Assembly: GCA_017547655.1 (NCBI GenBank)
Contig: JAFYPF010000015.1
Coordinates: forward strand, 56,922 to 120,921
Direction: 5' to 3'
Length of the DNA: 64,000 bases
Origin: Clostridia bacterium
GTDB lineage: Bacteria > Bacillota > Clostridia > Oscillospirales > CAG-272
The notes under the pieces are model-generated. The model was not told the DNA's origin, made no database searches, and saw only the letters and a list, made by a program, of their open reading frames with translations. The position numbers and the translations under genes were made by a program. This document shows positions 10,419 through 20,364 of this stretch, one piece after another (the first letter of the stretch is position 1; every line of letters begins with the position of its first letter).

Positions 10419-10501
10419 AGTTACACCAACCCTTATATTGCTTGGTATAATATATATGAAAGTCAGCCTAAAAATATATTTAACTTTTTTTCAAAAACGT
10501 A

Positions 10502-10529
10502 TTGACAATTCTATAAATTTGTGTATAAT
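10502..10529 (+). promoter_or_regulatory. sigma-A-type promoter upstream of tRNA-Leu
   Basis: TTGACA (10502-10507), a 16-nt spacer, then TATAAT (10524-10529), about 28 nt upstream of the tRNA 5' end. Confidence 0.5.
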
Positions 10530-10556
10530 ATCTAATGTTGCTTGAAGAGAGCAAAT

Positions 10557-10640
10557 GCGAGAGTGGCGGAACTGGCAGACGCGCACGTTTGAGGGGCGTG
10601 TGGATTTACCGTACGGGTTCAAGTCCCGTTTCTCGCACCA
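10557..10640 (+). tRNA. tRNA-Leu (anticodon GAG), CCA encoded
   Basis: Hand-folded. Acceptor GCGAGAG/TTCTCGC. Anticodon stem CACGT/GCGTG with loop TTGAGGG. Long variable arm, T-loop GGTTCAAGTCC, and 3' ACCA. Confidence 0.9.
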
Positions 10641-10681
10641 AATAAACCTTGATTTCTTTTGAAATTAAGGTTTATTTTTTC
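10641..10681 (+). terminator. rho-independent terminator after tRNA-Leu
   Basis: AATAAACCTT...AAGGTTTATT stem followed by TTTTTT. Confidence 0.7.
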
Positions 10682-10958
10682 CTTTTTACCTCTTCACTTT
10701 TCACTAAAATTCTTATTCAGGATTTTTTTGGAAATTAACAGGTAAAAGTAAATAGCGAAGAAGTAAGGTTAATTTGCTTTGCAAATCTTCATTTTTATAA
10801 AGTTGTATTTTTGTACTATGAGACAAAAAAATTGGTGAAAGATCACTTTCGCCGATTTTTTGTTTTTTTATTGATTAATGTTTGATTTCTTTATAAAATT
10901 GTGATATAATTATTTTTAATGTTGAATTGAAATTTGCACTAACATTTGGAGATACGTT

Positions 10959-12206
10959 ATGGTATATGAATTTGGTTTTGGTAAAGAAAAACAACAAGTA
11001 GTAATTCCATCTAAAATAAACGTAAGAGAACTTACCGCAAACAAAGATGTAGAGTTCAAAGAAATTGACTCGAATATCAAATATGCTTTAGAAAACCCTA
11101 TTGGCAGCAAACGCTTGAAAGATATAGTCAAACCGGGCGAAAAGATTGCTATAATCACGAGTGACATTACACGCCCAATGCCGACTTACAAGGTTATGCC
11201 GGCGTTACTTGAGGAATTGGAAGCAGGCGGAGTCAAGGATTGCGACATAACTCTTGTGTTTGCTCTCGGAAGCCACAGAAAACAAACAGCAAAAGAGCAT
11301 GAACAACTTGCCGGAGAATTGGCATACAACAGAATAAATATTGTAGACAGTGATCCCGACGATTGTATTCATATGGGAACAACCGCAAACGGAACCCCCG
11401 TAGATATTACGCGAGTAGTAGCGGAAGCTGACAGAAGAATTGCTTTGGGAAATATTGAATTCCATTATTTTGCCGGTTACAGCGGCGGTTACAAAGCAAT
11501 AATGCCGGGTGTATCTACCCCTGCAGCTATTCAGTCGAACCACAAGCTTATGATTAAGCAAGAAGCGTGCGCAGGTCGTTTGGAGGGAAACCCTGTGCGT
11601 GAGGACATAGAAGAAGCCGGCGCTATATGCGGTCTTGATTTCATACTAAACGTCGTACTTGACGAGCACAAAAATATAGTAAAAGTTGTTTGCGGAGATC
11701 CGATAATGGCTCACCGCGAAGGCGCAAGGTTTTTGGATAAGCTTTATACAAAAGAAATTGACAGACCTGCCGATATTGTTATAGTTTCGCAGGGCGGAGC
11801 CCCAAAAGATTTAAACCTCTATCAAACACAAAAGGCACTCGATAATTCTAAACATGCCGTAAAAGACGGCGGAATAATTATTCTTATCGGTTCTTGCACC
11901 GAAGGATACGGTGAGCACACCTTTGAAGATTGGATGCTCAACTCCGAATCCCCCGACGCTCTTGTAAATAGAATTTGCGAAAATTTCGTTCTCGGAGGAC
12001 ATAAAGCCGCAGCTATCGGAATGGTGCTTCAACGTGCTGAAATATATCTCGTTTCCAATATGGATCCCAAACTTGTAAAGCGGTCTTTTATGAAACCATA
12101 TACTTCTGCGCAAAAAGCCTTTGATGATGCATTGAAAAAACTTGGAAATTCATCTGAAGTTATTACAATGCCATACGGAGGCTCTGTGTTACCAAGATTA
12201 AAATGA
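10959..12206 (+). CDS. LarA-family nickel-pincer-dependent 2-hydroxyacid racemase/epimerase homologue
   Basis: 415 aa. Aligns by eye with L. plantarum LarA: SDITRPMP, GSHR (catalytic His), EFHYFAGYSGGYKAIMPG (second His and the cofactor-tethering Lys). RBS is GGAGA. Confidence 0.8.
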   Translation: MVYEFGFGKEKQQVVIPSKINVRELTANKDVEFKEIDSNIKYALENPIGSKRLKDIVKPGEKIAIITSDITRPMPTYKVMPALLEELEAGGVKDCDITLVFALGSHRKQTAKEHEQLAGELAYNRINIVDSDPDDCIHMGTTANGTPVDITRVVAEADRRIALGNIEFHYFAGYSGGYKAIMPGVSTPAAIQSNHKLMIKQEACAGRLEGNPVREDIEEAGAICGLDFILNVVLDEHKNIVKVVCGDPIMAHREGARFLDKLYTKEIDRPADIVIVSQGGAPKDLNLYQTQKALDNSKHAVKDGGIIILIGSCTEGYGEHTFEDWMLNSESPDALVNRICENFVLGGHKAAAIGMVLQRAEIYLVSNMDPKLVKRSFMKPYTSAQKAFDDALKKLGNSSEVITMPYGGSVLPRLK

Positions 12207-12225
12207 CCGAAAATGTACCATAAAC

Positions 12226-12257
12226 AAAAAGCTGTTGCAAGATGCAACAGCTTTTTT
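12226..12257. terminator. bidirectional terminator between convergent larA-like and ABC genes
   Basis: AAAAAGCTGTTGCA-AGA-TGCAACAGCTTTTT, flanked by A/T runs on both sides. Confidence 0.7.
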
Positions 12258-13035
12258 ATTTCATTACACTCAAAAATTCTTGGAGTCGTTTGGATTTTGG
12301 GTTTCCGAACACAGCTTCCGCATTTCCCTGCTCTGCAATAATTCCGTCGTCCATAAAGATAACCTTATCCGACACTTCCCTTGCAAAGCCCATTTCATGA
12401 GTTACGACAAGCATAGTCATATCTTCAGCCGCAAGCTCTTTCATAACAGACAATACTTCCACCGTTATTTCAGGATCAAGTGCCGAGGTAGGTTCATCAA
12501 AACAGAGCATATCGGGCTTTAAAGCTAACGCTCTCGCTATTGCAACTCTTTGTTGCTGACCGCCCGAAATTTGACAGGGATAATTCCCCATTTTGTCGGA
12601 AAGTCCAACCTTTACCAAAAGCTCTGATGAATGTTGAAGAATTTCTTCTTTTATTCTATTCTTGTTTTCTTTATAATCAGGTCTTTCTTTTGCAAGCAAC
12701 AACGGCGCAAGACTTACGTTTTGCAGAGCCGTATACTGCGGAAACAGATTAAACGACTGGAAAACAAGTCCGAAATGCAATCTCTTTTGTCTTATTTCAG
12801 CATCAGTTTTTGCAGTCTTATCACTTGCATCAAAAAGCAAGTTTCCGTTTAAAAAGAACTGTCCTTTGTCAGGAGTTTCAAGAAAGTTTACACAGCGCAA
12901 AAGCGTCGTCTTACCGCTTCCGCTCGAGCCGATAACACAAAGCACCTCGCCCTTTTCAATCTCAAAGCTTACGCCTTTCAAAACTTCGGTCTTACCAAAG
13001 CTTTTTTGTATATTTTTTGCTTCAAATACTGCCAT
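12256..13035 (-). CDS. polar amino-acid ABC transporter ATP-binding protein
   Basis: Walker [10 protein letters not shown], signature QISGGQQQR, Walker [13 protein letters not shown]. GlnQ/ArtP-like. Confidence 0.9.
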   Translation of the reverse strand: MAVFEAKNIQKSFGKTEVLKGVSFEIEKGEVLCVIGSSGSGKTTLLRCVNFLETPDKGQFFLNGNLLFDASDKTAKTDAEIRQKRLHFGLVFQSFNLFPQYTALQNVSLAPLLLAKERPDYKENKNRIKEEILQHSSELLVKVGLSDKMGNYPCQISGGQQQRVAIARALALKPDMLCFDEPTSALDPEITVEVLSVMKELAAEDMTMLVVTHEMGFAREVSDKVIFMDDGIIAEQGNAEAVFGNPKSKRLQEFLSVMK

Positions 13036-13053
13036 AAAAAGCTCCTTTCGACC

Positions 13054-13698
13054 TTATATCTTGTAATAGTCAAGCTTCTTTTCGAAATATCCGAAAAGAA
13101 TTGTAAGAATACCTACAAACGCAAGATAGAATACCGCCGTGTAGAACAAGGGCCACATAAGTCCGTATCCCGCAAAGTTCTGCGCCGCCTGAATAACTTC
13201 AACAATCATTATAACTCTTGCCAAAGCCGTATCTTTTACAAGCGTTATAACTTCATTGGACATAGGCGCAAGAATACGCTTTACAACCTGCATAAGTATA
13301 ACCTTGAAAAACACTTGCGTTTTGGTCATACCCAAAACCTGCCCCGCCTCATACTGTCCGCGGGGAATGCTCTCAATACCGCCTCGGTAAATCTCCGAAA
13401 AATAACAAGCATAGTTTATAACAAACGCCGCAATAACCGAGGCAAAACGTGACAATATCGGGGTTCCCAAAAGAAATCCCGGTACATAGAAAAATATTAT
13501 TACCTGAAGCATAAGGGGTACTCCGCGTATAATCCAAACAAATGTCTTTACGACGTATGCAAGAGGTTTAAATTTGGACATTGAACCGAATGCTATCACC
13601 AAACCTAAAGGAAGCGCTAACACAAGTGTTAGCGCAAATATCAGGCAGGTGTATTCAAGTCCGCCGAGCAGACTTAAAGTTACTTCCCAAAATCCCAT
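13054..13698 (-). CDS. polar amino-acid ABC transporter permease
   Basis: 214-aa, 5-TM HisM/GlnP-type permease with an EAA-like loop (EAGQVLGMTKTQVFFKVILMQ). Confidence 0.88.
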   Translation of the reverse strand: MGFWEVTLSLLGGLEYTCLIFALTLVLALPLGLVIAFGSMSKFKPLAYVVKTFVWIIRGVPLMLQVIIFFYVPGFLLGTPILSRFASVIAAFVINYACYFSEIYRGGIESIPRGQYEAGQVLGMTKTQVFFKVILMQVVKRILAPMSNEVITLVKDTALARVIMIVEVIQAAQNFAGYGLMWPLFYTAVFYLAFVGILTILFGYFEKKLDYYKI

Positions 13699-13732
13699 TA
13701 TTATATTCCTTAATCAATTATGTATTCGAAAA

Positions 13733-14533
13733 TTATTCGATAGTTTCAGTTACATTAAGTACGTTTTCGAAGCCGTATTTCTTTGCAATTTCCATCAACT
13801 TGCCGTTTTCATTGAGAGTCTTGATAGCTTCGTTTACTTTTGCTGTAAGGTCACTACCCTTCTTGAAGCCGATTGCATAAATCTCGGATTCAAGCTCAAT
13901 TGCTTCAACGATTGCAAGGTCTGTATAGTCACCCTGACCGCAAATATTCTTTGCAAGAACAATATCAACTACAGCAAATTCAACAGCGCCTGACTTAACT
14001 TCTGTAAATGCGTTAATCTGTGCGGGAGTTGTGAAAATCTTGTCAGCATCGGTTACATTTGCAGCATAAGCGGCGCCTGCACTACCTGCTTCAACACACG
14101 CTTTTTTACCTGCGAGGTCATCAGCTGTCTTGAAATTGTCAACGCTGCCCTTCTTAACAACGATGCACTGCTGGTTAAGCATATAACCGTATGAGAAATC
14201 AACGAGTTCGGATCTCTTAATACCGTTGTCGCTGGAGTTTGCAGTAAAGCCGTTCCATACGCAGTCAATAGCGCCGGAATTGAGTTCGTTGTACTTCTGT
14301 CCCCAGTCAATAATCTGGAATTCAACGTCCATACCGAGAATCTTGCCAACTTCGATAGCAAATTCGGATTCAAACCCTGTCCAGTTGCCGTTTTCGTCCT
14401 GCTCGTTCATATTTTCAAAAATTGTAACGCCGCAAGTAAGAGTATTGTCTTCTTTCTTTCCGCAAGATGTAAATGCGAAAACTGTTCCGATTATAAGAAC
14501 AATGCTCATAACCAATGATAATGTCTTTTTCAT
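13733..14533 (-). CDS. amino-acid ABC transporter substrate-binding lipoprotein
   Basis: Lipobox AFTSCG and a family-3 SBP pattern (IDCVWNGFT, FAVVD). The ATG at 14533 follows GGAGG. Confidence 0.88.
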   Translation of the reverse strand: MKKTLSLVMSIVLIIGTVFAFTSCGKKEDNTLTCGVTIFENMNEQDENGNWTGFESEFAIEVGKILGMDVEFQIIDWGQKYNELNSGAIDCVWNGFTANSSDNGIKRSELVDFSYGYMLNQQCIVVKKGSVDNFKTADDLAGKKACVEAGSAGAAYAANVTDADKIFTTPAQINAFTEVKSGAVEFAVVDIVLAKNICGQGDYTDLAIVEAIELESEIYAIGFKKGSDLTAKVNEAIKTLNENGKLMEIAKKYGFENVLNVTETIE

Positions 14534-14623
14534 GATAATACCTCCAAACACCTTTTCGGTTCTAATTTAACTTTTTATCACTTTATCACTTTACCGAACT
14601 AAATCAATAAAATTGATGTATGT

Positions 14624-14652
14624 ATCATAGCATACACTTGAGTCTTTGTCAA
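14624..14652 (-). promoter_or_regulatory. sigma-A-type promoter of amino-acid ABC operon 1
   Basis: On the minus strand: TTGACA (14652-14647), a 17-nt spacer, then TATGAT (14629-14624). Confidence 0.55.
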
Positions 14653-14721
14653 GAGTTTTTTGAATTTTATTTAAACTAAATCAGAGGTAATATCAGCAGA
14701 TCCCATATTACCTTGATTGTA

Positions 14722-14762
14722 TGCAATAAAATAACGCTTCCGATTTTACGAGAAGCGTTATT
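14722..14762 (-). terminator. terminator downstream of cinA
   Basis: AATAACGCTTC...GAAGCGTTATT stem, followed on the minus strand by TTTATT. Confidence 0.65.
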
Positions 14763-14778
14763 GTTTTCAGAGCTTTGC

Positions 14779-16026
14779 TCAAATGCTGTTTAGTGCCAAC
14801 ATAAGAACACTTTTAGTTGATACTTTTCTTATATATTCTCTTCCGTTGTTTCTTATATTGAGTTTTTCGCACTTGCCCCTCTTGGCAGTACTTACCGCAA
14901 TATAAACCGTTCCGACAGGCTTTTCATCACTGCCGCCTGTAGGTCCTGCAATACCCGTTATACTCAATCCAACGTCAGCACCCATAAGCTTTCTTACGCC
15001 CTCTGCCATTTGCAAAGCACATTCTTCGGATACTGCGCCTTTAGATGCAAGTGTTCCTTCACTCACGTTCAAAAGTCTTGCTTTTATTTCGTTCGCATAA
15101 GAAACAACGCTTCCGTCAAGCACAGCAGATGCGCCGCTGACAGTAGTTAAGGTTTCCGTTACCATACCGCCCGTACACGATTCGGCAACGGCAATTTTCA
15201 TATTATTCTTTGCAAGTTTTTCAATCAATGCCTTTTCGGGAGTCGTATCAATTCCGTAAATATACTTACCGACCTCTGTTTCTTTCAAAACCTCAATCAT
15301 ATCAAAGCATATCTTCTCGCCCTCTTCTTTCGAATCAGCCTTTGCAGTAACACGAAGTCTAACCTCGCCGTCTGCGGCATAAGGAGCAACAGTAGGATTC
15401 GTTGAATTTCTCATTATATCAATTATAACGGTTTCAACCTTTGATTCGCCCATACCTATTATATTAACGTTCTTGCTTACAAAAAGCGAATCCGTCCTTT
15501 TTTCAAGATAAGGAACAACACTTTCCTCGAACATAGGCTTCATTTCTCTGGGAGGTCCAGGCAAAATTATCGCCGTCTTCCCCGTTTCTTCGTTTTCGAT
15601 TATAGCCCCCGGAGCAGTACCGCAATTATTCTGCATAACGATACAACCAATAGGCATATAAGCTTGCTTAACATTATTTTCGGTCATTTCTATATTTCTT
15701 GACACAAAAAAGTCTTTCAATCTATCCAAAGACGGCTGATGAAGCTCCATCCCCTTACCCATCAGATCGGCAACTGTTTCTTTGGTCAAATCGTCATAAG
15801 TCGGACCTAATCCGCCCGTAAGTATAATAACGTCTGCTCTGTCCAGTGCCTCCTGTAAAAACTTTTTCAATCTTTCGGGGTTATCTCCAACAAGACCCTG
15901 ATGATACTGATTTATCCCCATTGACGCAAGTCTTTGAGAAATATAAGCAGCATTAGTATTAACAATATCACCGATAAGTATCTCCGTACCAACACACAGT
16001 ATCTCTGCATTATCTATCTTTTTCAT
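14779..16026 (-). CDS. cinA: competence/damage-inducible protein CinA (MoCF-like domain plus NMN deamidase PncC domain)
   Basis: N-terminal LTGGLGPTYDDLT motif and a C-terminal CinA domain (AVAESCTGG, GTVYIA). The ATG at 16026 follows GGAGTG. Confidence 0.88.
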   Translation of the reverse strand: MKKIDNAEILCVGTEILIGDIVNTNAAYISQRLASMGINQYHQGLVGDNPERLKKFLQEALDRADVIILTGGLGPTYDDLTKETVADLMGKGMELHQPSLDRLKDFFVSRNIEMTENNVKQAYMPIGCIVMQNNCGTAPGAIIENEETGKTAIILPGPPREMKPMFEESVVPYLEKRTDSLFVSKNVNIIGMGESKVETVIIDIMRNSTNPTVAPYAADGEVRLRVTAKADSKEEGEKICFDMIEVLKETEVGKYIYGIDTTPEKALIEKLAKNNMKIAVAESCTGGMVTETLTTVSGASAVLDGSVVSYANEIKARLLNVSEGTLASKGAVSEECALQMAEGVRKLMGADVGLSITGIAGPTGGSDEKPVGTVYIAVSTAKRGKCEKLNIRNNGREYIRKVSTKSVLMLALNSI

Positions 16027-16187
16027 AAAAATCACTCCATATATTTTTTATGATACTATTTTAACATAGAAAATTATTTTCTGCAACAGTTTGAATAATT
16101 GAAAAATAAATTATTTACATTATTGTTATTATGTGCTATAATAACTAATCAAGCACACACTAATAACGTAAAGCGAGGTTTTCACAT

Positions 16188-16397
16188 TTGAATATACCCA
16201 AGTTTGATAAAGGCGATACGCTTATTATGAAGAAAAAACACCCATGCGGTTCATTTGCTTTTGAAGTTATGAGGACAGGCAGCGACGTCAGAATAAAATG
16301 TAAGGGTTGCGGCCACGATATGACAATCAACAGGCTAAAACTCGAAAAAAACATAAAAAAGGTTGAAGCGCAAGCCGGAGGGGGCGAAGAACAGTGA
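16188..16397 (+). CDS. DUF951-family small zinc-ribbon protein
   Basis: 69 aa. HPCGS...CKGCGH pattern typical of DUF951 (YyzM-like). TTG start. Confidence 0.7.
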   Translation: MNIPKFDKGDTLIMKKKHPCGSFAFEVMRTGSDVRIKCKGCGHDMTINRLKLEKNIKKVEAQAGGGEEQ

Positions 16398-19186
16398 ATA
16401 GTAATACTGCGTTGTCGCTTAACTGCGACAATAACCAAAATAAAATAAAATTCAGTCCGTATCTGTTGTGGGCTTTCTTTGTTCCTGCCGTTCTGTATCT
16501 CGCCGTATATTTGATAAGAGGTGTATATCCCATTGGAGACGGCTCGGTACTCGTACTCGACCTTAACGCTCAATACGTTTACTTTTTTGAAGAACTGCGA
16601 GATATTCTTCAAGGCAACGGAAGTCTTCTCTACTCGTGGCAACGTTCGCTCGGCGGCGAGTTTATGGGAATGTTCGCTTATTATCTCGCAAGTCCGTTTA
16701 ATTTGCTTATTGTGCTCTTCCCCGAAAATGCAATTACAGAAGCTCTGCTCACTATATTCGTACTAAAGGCAGGCTTATCGGGATTTAACTTTGCAGTATA
16801 TCTTCACTATTCGGACAGAATGAAGAACAAATACGCATCTGTAATTTTCTCTACTATGTATGCGCTGACGTCTTATGCTATGGTCAATGCCCACAACACT
16901 ATGTGGATAGACGTTTTGTTATTTCTGCCGTTGGTTATTTTAGGTCTTGAAGAACTTATAAACCAAAGAAAATACAAGCTTTATACTATAGTTTTGGCAG
17001 TTTCCATTATTTCAAACTTCTATATCGGATTTATGCTTTGCGTATTTATATTCGTATATGCAATCTATTATTACTGCGCATACGGCTATTCGGAAGAATA
17101 CAACAAGTCCGGCGAAAGCTTCCATACATTGAAATCATTCCTTCGCGTACTTTTATTTTCAGCACTCGCTATAGGAATGGCTGCCGTTATTATTTTTACT
17201 ATATACTATTCACTCAAATTCGGAAAAAATGATTTTTCAGATCCCGACTATACGTTAAATTCAAAATTTAATCTTTTAGACCTCTTTGCAAAAATGCTCC
17301 CCAATTCTTACGATACGGTAAGGCCCGAGGGACTTCCCTTTGTATATTGCGGTGTGCTTTCGTTGGTACTTGTACCCGTATTCTTTATTTCAAGAAAAAT
17401 CACGCCGCGCGAGAAGATAGCCGCAGGATTTATTCTTTCTGTTATGGTTATCCTCTTTTCCGCCTCAACTCTTGACATATTTATGCACGGACTGCAAAAG
17501 CCCAACTGGCTCAATTACAGATATAGCTTTATGTTCTGCTTTTTGCTTGTTGTTTTTGCACACCACGCGTTTAACTATCTGAAAGACATCAATTTTAATC
17601 ATATAGTAGCAATTTGCGGCGGATTAGTGCTTTTAACGGTTATTGTACAAAACGAGGAATATAAGTTTATCGACAACGTTCTTTGTATATGGATAAGCCT
17701 TATTTGCATAGGCATTTATATGCTTACTCTTTATGCGGTAAAAAAAGAAAAAATTACGAACTTCACGTCACTGATTCTTGCGATTTTGGTTTCCGCCGAG
17801 CTTTTAATAAACGGATACGTTAACCTCGATTCACTTGATAAAGACGTTATTTTTACTTCAAGAACGGCTTACCGAGATTATATCAACCAAATGCGTCCGC
17901 TTGCCGACTACGTTCTTGAGAATGACACATCATTCTATCGTTTTGAAAAAACGAGTCACAGAAGAACCAACGATAATATGACTCTTGACATAAACGGAAT
18001 TTCAAGCTCAACCTCAACCCTTAACGCATCTATAGTAAAGTTGCTCAACCAGCTTGGTTATTCTTCAAAATCACATTGGTCAAAATATTACGGAGGTACG
18101 CCTGCGACAGACGCACTCCTCGGTATTAAATATATTATAACAGATGACGATTTAAACGAGGAATTTTACAAAGAACTTCACCGTGAAAATGATTTCAGCG
18201 TTTATCAGAGTAAATATGCTCAAAGCATAGCTTTTGCCGTATCACGCAAAACCGAATACGTTGATTTCAGTTTCCACGAAACACCGTTCGAGCTTATGAA
18301 TGAGCTTGTTACTGCGATGCTTGATTCGGACTCAACAATTCAGTTGTTTAAACCTATAGAAAACATAACCGAAACTACAACAAACGCATCAAAAACCCAA
18401 GCAACATCATTATACACAAAATACGTTCCGCAAAAAGAAGGTACCAACGCAATAGTTTCTTATACCTTTACTGTCCCCTCAACCGATGAAATATATTTCT
18501 TCTATCCGTCGGATTACCCGAGAAAAGTTAAGCTTATGCTCAACAACAGAGATTGGGGAACATTCTTCGACAACGAAACGGACAGAATTGTTTCACTTTC
18601 AAACTTTGAAGAAGATGAGACGGTTAATCTCAAGGTTACACTTGCTGATGACAACCTCTACATTTTGACCGACCAACACTACTTCTATTATATGGATGCG
18701 GAAGTATATAAAGAGGTTATGACAAGATTAAGCGAATGCAGCTTTGAAGTTACCGAACATTCGGACACAAAACTAAAAGGAACAATAAACGTAAATGAAG
18801 ACGATTCACTTTTGTTCACATCTATTCCCTATGATGAAGGTTGGCACATTTACTGCGACGGCAAAGAACTCGACCTTGCAATAACTGCAGATTCTTTACT
18901 TGCCGCACGAATTGACAAGGGCGAACACGAGCTTGAATTTATATATAGACCTAATTGCTTGATTTATGGTTGTATCGTTGCCTCTGCCTCTTTCGTTGTA
19001 TTCGTTACTATAATTATACTTGACGAAGTATTAAAGAAAAAGAAAAGACGACTTCTGGTACAAAAGGCAGTAGACGACTTCTATGAAGAGTTTGAAATGC
19101 CTGAAGATATTGCAACAGGAATTGACACCACTCAAATCGAAGAGACAGATGAAATAAACACAGAAAAACCACCTAAAACTGAATAA
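16394..19186 (+). CDS. YfhO-family polytopic membrane protein (putative glycosyltransferase/glycopolymer-modifying enzyme)
   Basis: 930 aa: about 12 TM helices over the first roughly 470 aa, a large soluble domain, one more TM, then an acidic tail. The N-terminal pattern DLNAQYVYFF is YfhO-like. The GTG start overlaps the DUF951 stop (GTGA). Confidence 0.72.
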   Translation: MNSNTALSLNCDNNQNKIKFSPYLLWAFFVPAVLYLAVYLIRGVYPIGDGSVLVLDLNAQYVYFFEELRDILQGNGSLLYSWQRSLGGEFMGMFAYYLASPFNLLIVLFPENAITEALLTIFVLKAGLSGFNFAVYLHYSDRMKNKYASVIFSTMYALTSYAMVNAHNTMWIDVLLFLPLVILGLEELINQRKYKLYTIVLAVSIISNFYIGFMLCVFIFVYAIYYYCAYGYSEEYNKSGESFHTLKSFLRVLLFSALAIGMAAVIIFTIYYSLKFGKNDFSDPDYTLNSKFNLLDLFAKMLPNSYDTVRPEGLPFVYCGVLSLVLVPVFFISRKITPREKIAAGFILSVMVILFSASTLDIFMHGLQKPNWLNYRYSFMFCFLLVVFAHHAFNYLKDINFNHIVAICGGLVLLTVIVQNEEYKFIDNVLCIWISLICIGIYMLTLYAVKKEKITNFTSLILAILVSAELLINGYVNLDSLDKDVIFTSRTAYRDYINQMRPLADYVLENDTSFYRFEKTSHRRTNDNMTLDINGISSSTSTLNASIVKLLNQLGYSSKSHWSKYYGGTPATDALLGIKYIITDDDLNEEFYKELHRENDFSVYQSKYAQSIAFAVSRKTEYVDFSFHETPFELMNELVTAMLDSDSTIQLFKPIENITETTTNASKTQATSLYTKYVPQKEGTNAIVSYTFTVPSTDEIYFFYPSDYPRKVKLMLNNRDWGTFFDNETDRIVSLSNFEEDETVNLKVTLADDNLYILTDQHYFYYMDAEVYKEVMTRLSECSFEVTEHSDTKLKGTINVNEDDSLLFTSIPYDEGWHIYCDGKELDLAITADSLLAARIDKGEHELEFIYRPNCLIYGCIVASASFVVFVTIIILDEVLKKKKRRLLVQKAVDDFYEEFEMPEDIATGIDTTQIEETDEINTEKPPKTE

Positions 19187-19198
19187 AAACAAACTCAA

Positions 19199-19636
19199 AT
19201 GACCACCCTCAAAAAAGGGGTGGTCTTTTTGAACACAAAACAGTATGAATTTCCGTTAATATTTTTGCTCGGCGGCAGTATTTATATGTTGATTGAAATA
19301 ATATGGCGCGGCTATACCCACTGGTCAATGGGGATATGCGGCGGTATTTGCTTTCTCGGCATATATATATTCGAAATAGTAAAAAATGACTGCCATATAT
19401 TTCAAAAGTGTTTGTTCGGCAGTCTGTTTATTACCGCAAATGAATTTATAACGGGGTGCATAGTTAATCTGTTTCTTGATTGGAAAATCTGGGATTATTC
19501 GGGGCAGATATTTAATATACTCGGTCAAGTATGTGTCCTTTATTCAATATTGTGGTTTTTCCTCTGCATACCTACTTTTAAAATTGCAAGACTAATAAGA
19601 GACAAGATTTTTTCACCCAAAAAAGCCTTGCAATAA
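19199..19636 (+). CDS. small 4-TM membrane protein (possibly the DUF1113 / putative type-IV ABC component family)
   Basis: Hydrophobic 145-aa ORF (YMLIEIIWRGYTHWSM, LDWKIWDYS). The annotated ATG lies inside the preceding terminator, so the real start may be the in-frame TTG at 19229. Confidence 0.45.
   Translation: MTTLKKGVVFLNTKQYEFPLIFLLGGSIYMLIEIIWRGYTHWSMGICGGICFLGIYIFEIVKNDCHIFQKCLFGSLFITANEFITGCIVNLFLDWKIWDYSGQIFNILGQVCVLYSILWFFLCIPTFKIARLIRDKIFSPKKALQ
19201..19230 (+). terminator. terminator after the yfhO-like gene
   Basis: GACCACCC-loop-GGGTGGTC followed by TTTTT. Confidence 0.7.
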
Positions 19637-19689
19637 ATTTCCTATGACTGTATAATAAATGTATTACAGTCTGAAAACAGGAGATTTAT

Positions 19690-20331
19690 ATGTATAACGT
19701 TGTTCTTTTTGACCTTGACGGAACACTCACAGACCCCGGTGTCGGTATTACCAACTCCGTTGCTTATGCACTTAAAGCCTTTGGAATTGAAAACACTGAC
19801 AGACGCCAGCTTTATAAATTTATCGGTCCGCCGCTTATCGACTCTTTTTCGAAATATTATTCTCTTTCCGATGAGGAATGTAAAAAAGCTATTTTTGAAT
19901 ACAGAGTTTATTTTAAGGAAAAAGGAATGTTTGAGAACTCCGTTTATAAAGACGTTCCCGAACTTCTCCAAACACTAAAAGACGACGGAAAGAAGCTTGT
20001 TATAGCAACCTCAAAGCCCGAAGAATTTGCCGTTACTATTCTTAAACATTTTAATTTATACAAACATTTTGATGCAGTTTGCGGCGCATCTATGGACGGG
20101 AAACGAAGTATAAAGGGCGACATTATTAAATATGCGCTCGACAAATGCGATATAACAGACCTCACTAAAACCGTTATGATAGGCGACCGTGAACACGATA
20201 TAATCGGCGCAAAATCCGTCGGGATTGACTCGGTAGGCGTTCTTTACGGCTACGGCAATTTAGAAGAACTAAAAAAAGCAGGTGCAACTTATATCGCAGA
20301 AGAAGTAAACGATATTTTAAAATTCATATGA
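19690..20331 (+). CDS. HAD-IA family phosphatase (phosphoglycolate phosphatase-like)
   Basis: Motif I FDLDGTLTD, motif II ATSK, and motifs III/IV K...GDREHD. Confidence 0.8.
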   Translation: MYNVVLFDLDGTLTDPGVGITNSVAYALKAFGIENTDRRQLYKFIGPPLIDSFSKYYSLSDEECKKAIFEYRVYFKEKGMFENSVYKDVPELLQTLKDDGKKLVIATSKPEEFAVTILKHFNLYKHFDAVCGASMDGKRSIKGDIIKYALDKCDITDLTKTVMIGDREHDIIGAKSVGIDSVGVLYGYGNLEELKKAGATYIAEEVNDILKFI

Positions 20332-20333
20332 AT

Positions 20334-20364
20334 ATAGAGGATATGGGAATCCCATATCCTCTAT
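20334..20364. terminator. bidirectional hairpin between convergent genes
   Basis: Perfect palindrome ATAGAGGATATGGGA/TCCCATATCCTCTAT. Confidence 0.7.

Noticed and set aside
10419-10500. A possible sigma-E-type sporulation promoter upstream of spoIIID
   Set aside because: I found only loose matches to the ATATT / CATACA-T consensus (TCATATAT...CAATATAAG). That is too weak to call by eye.
10641-10958. A tRNA-Leu (and tRNA-Arg at 21539) as possible integration sites for a genomic island
   Set aside because: There is no integrase, no direct repeat of the tRNA 3' end, and no phage or mobile genes downstream. The neighbouring genes look like ordinary chromosome.
16160-16642. A 160-aa minus-strand ORF spanning the DUF951/YfhO junction
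   Set aside because: It overlaps two better-supported plus-strand genes and shows no start context or motifs.
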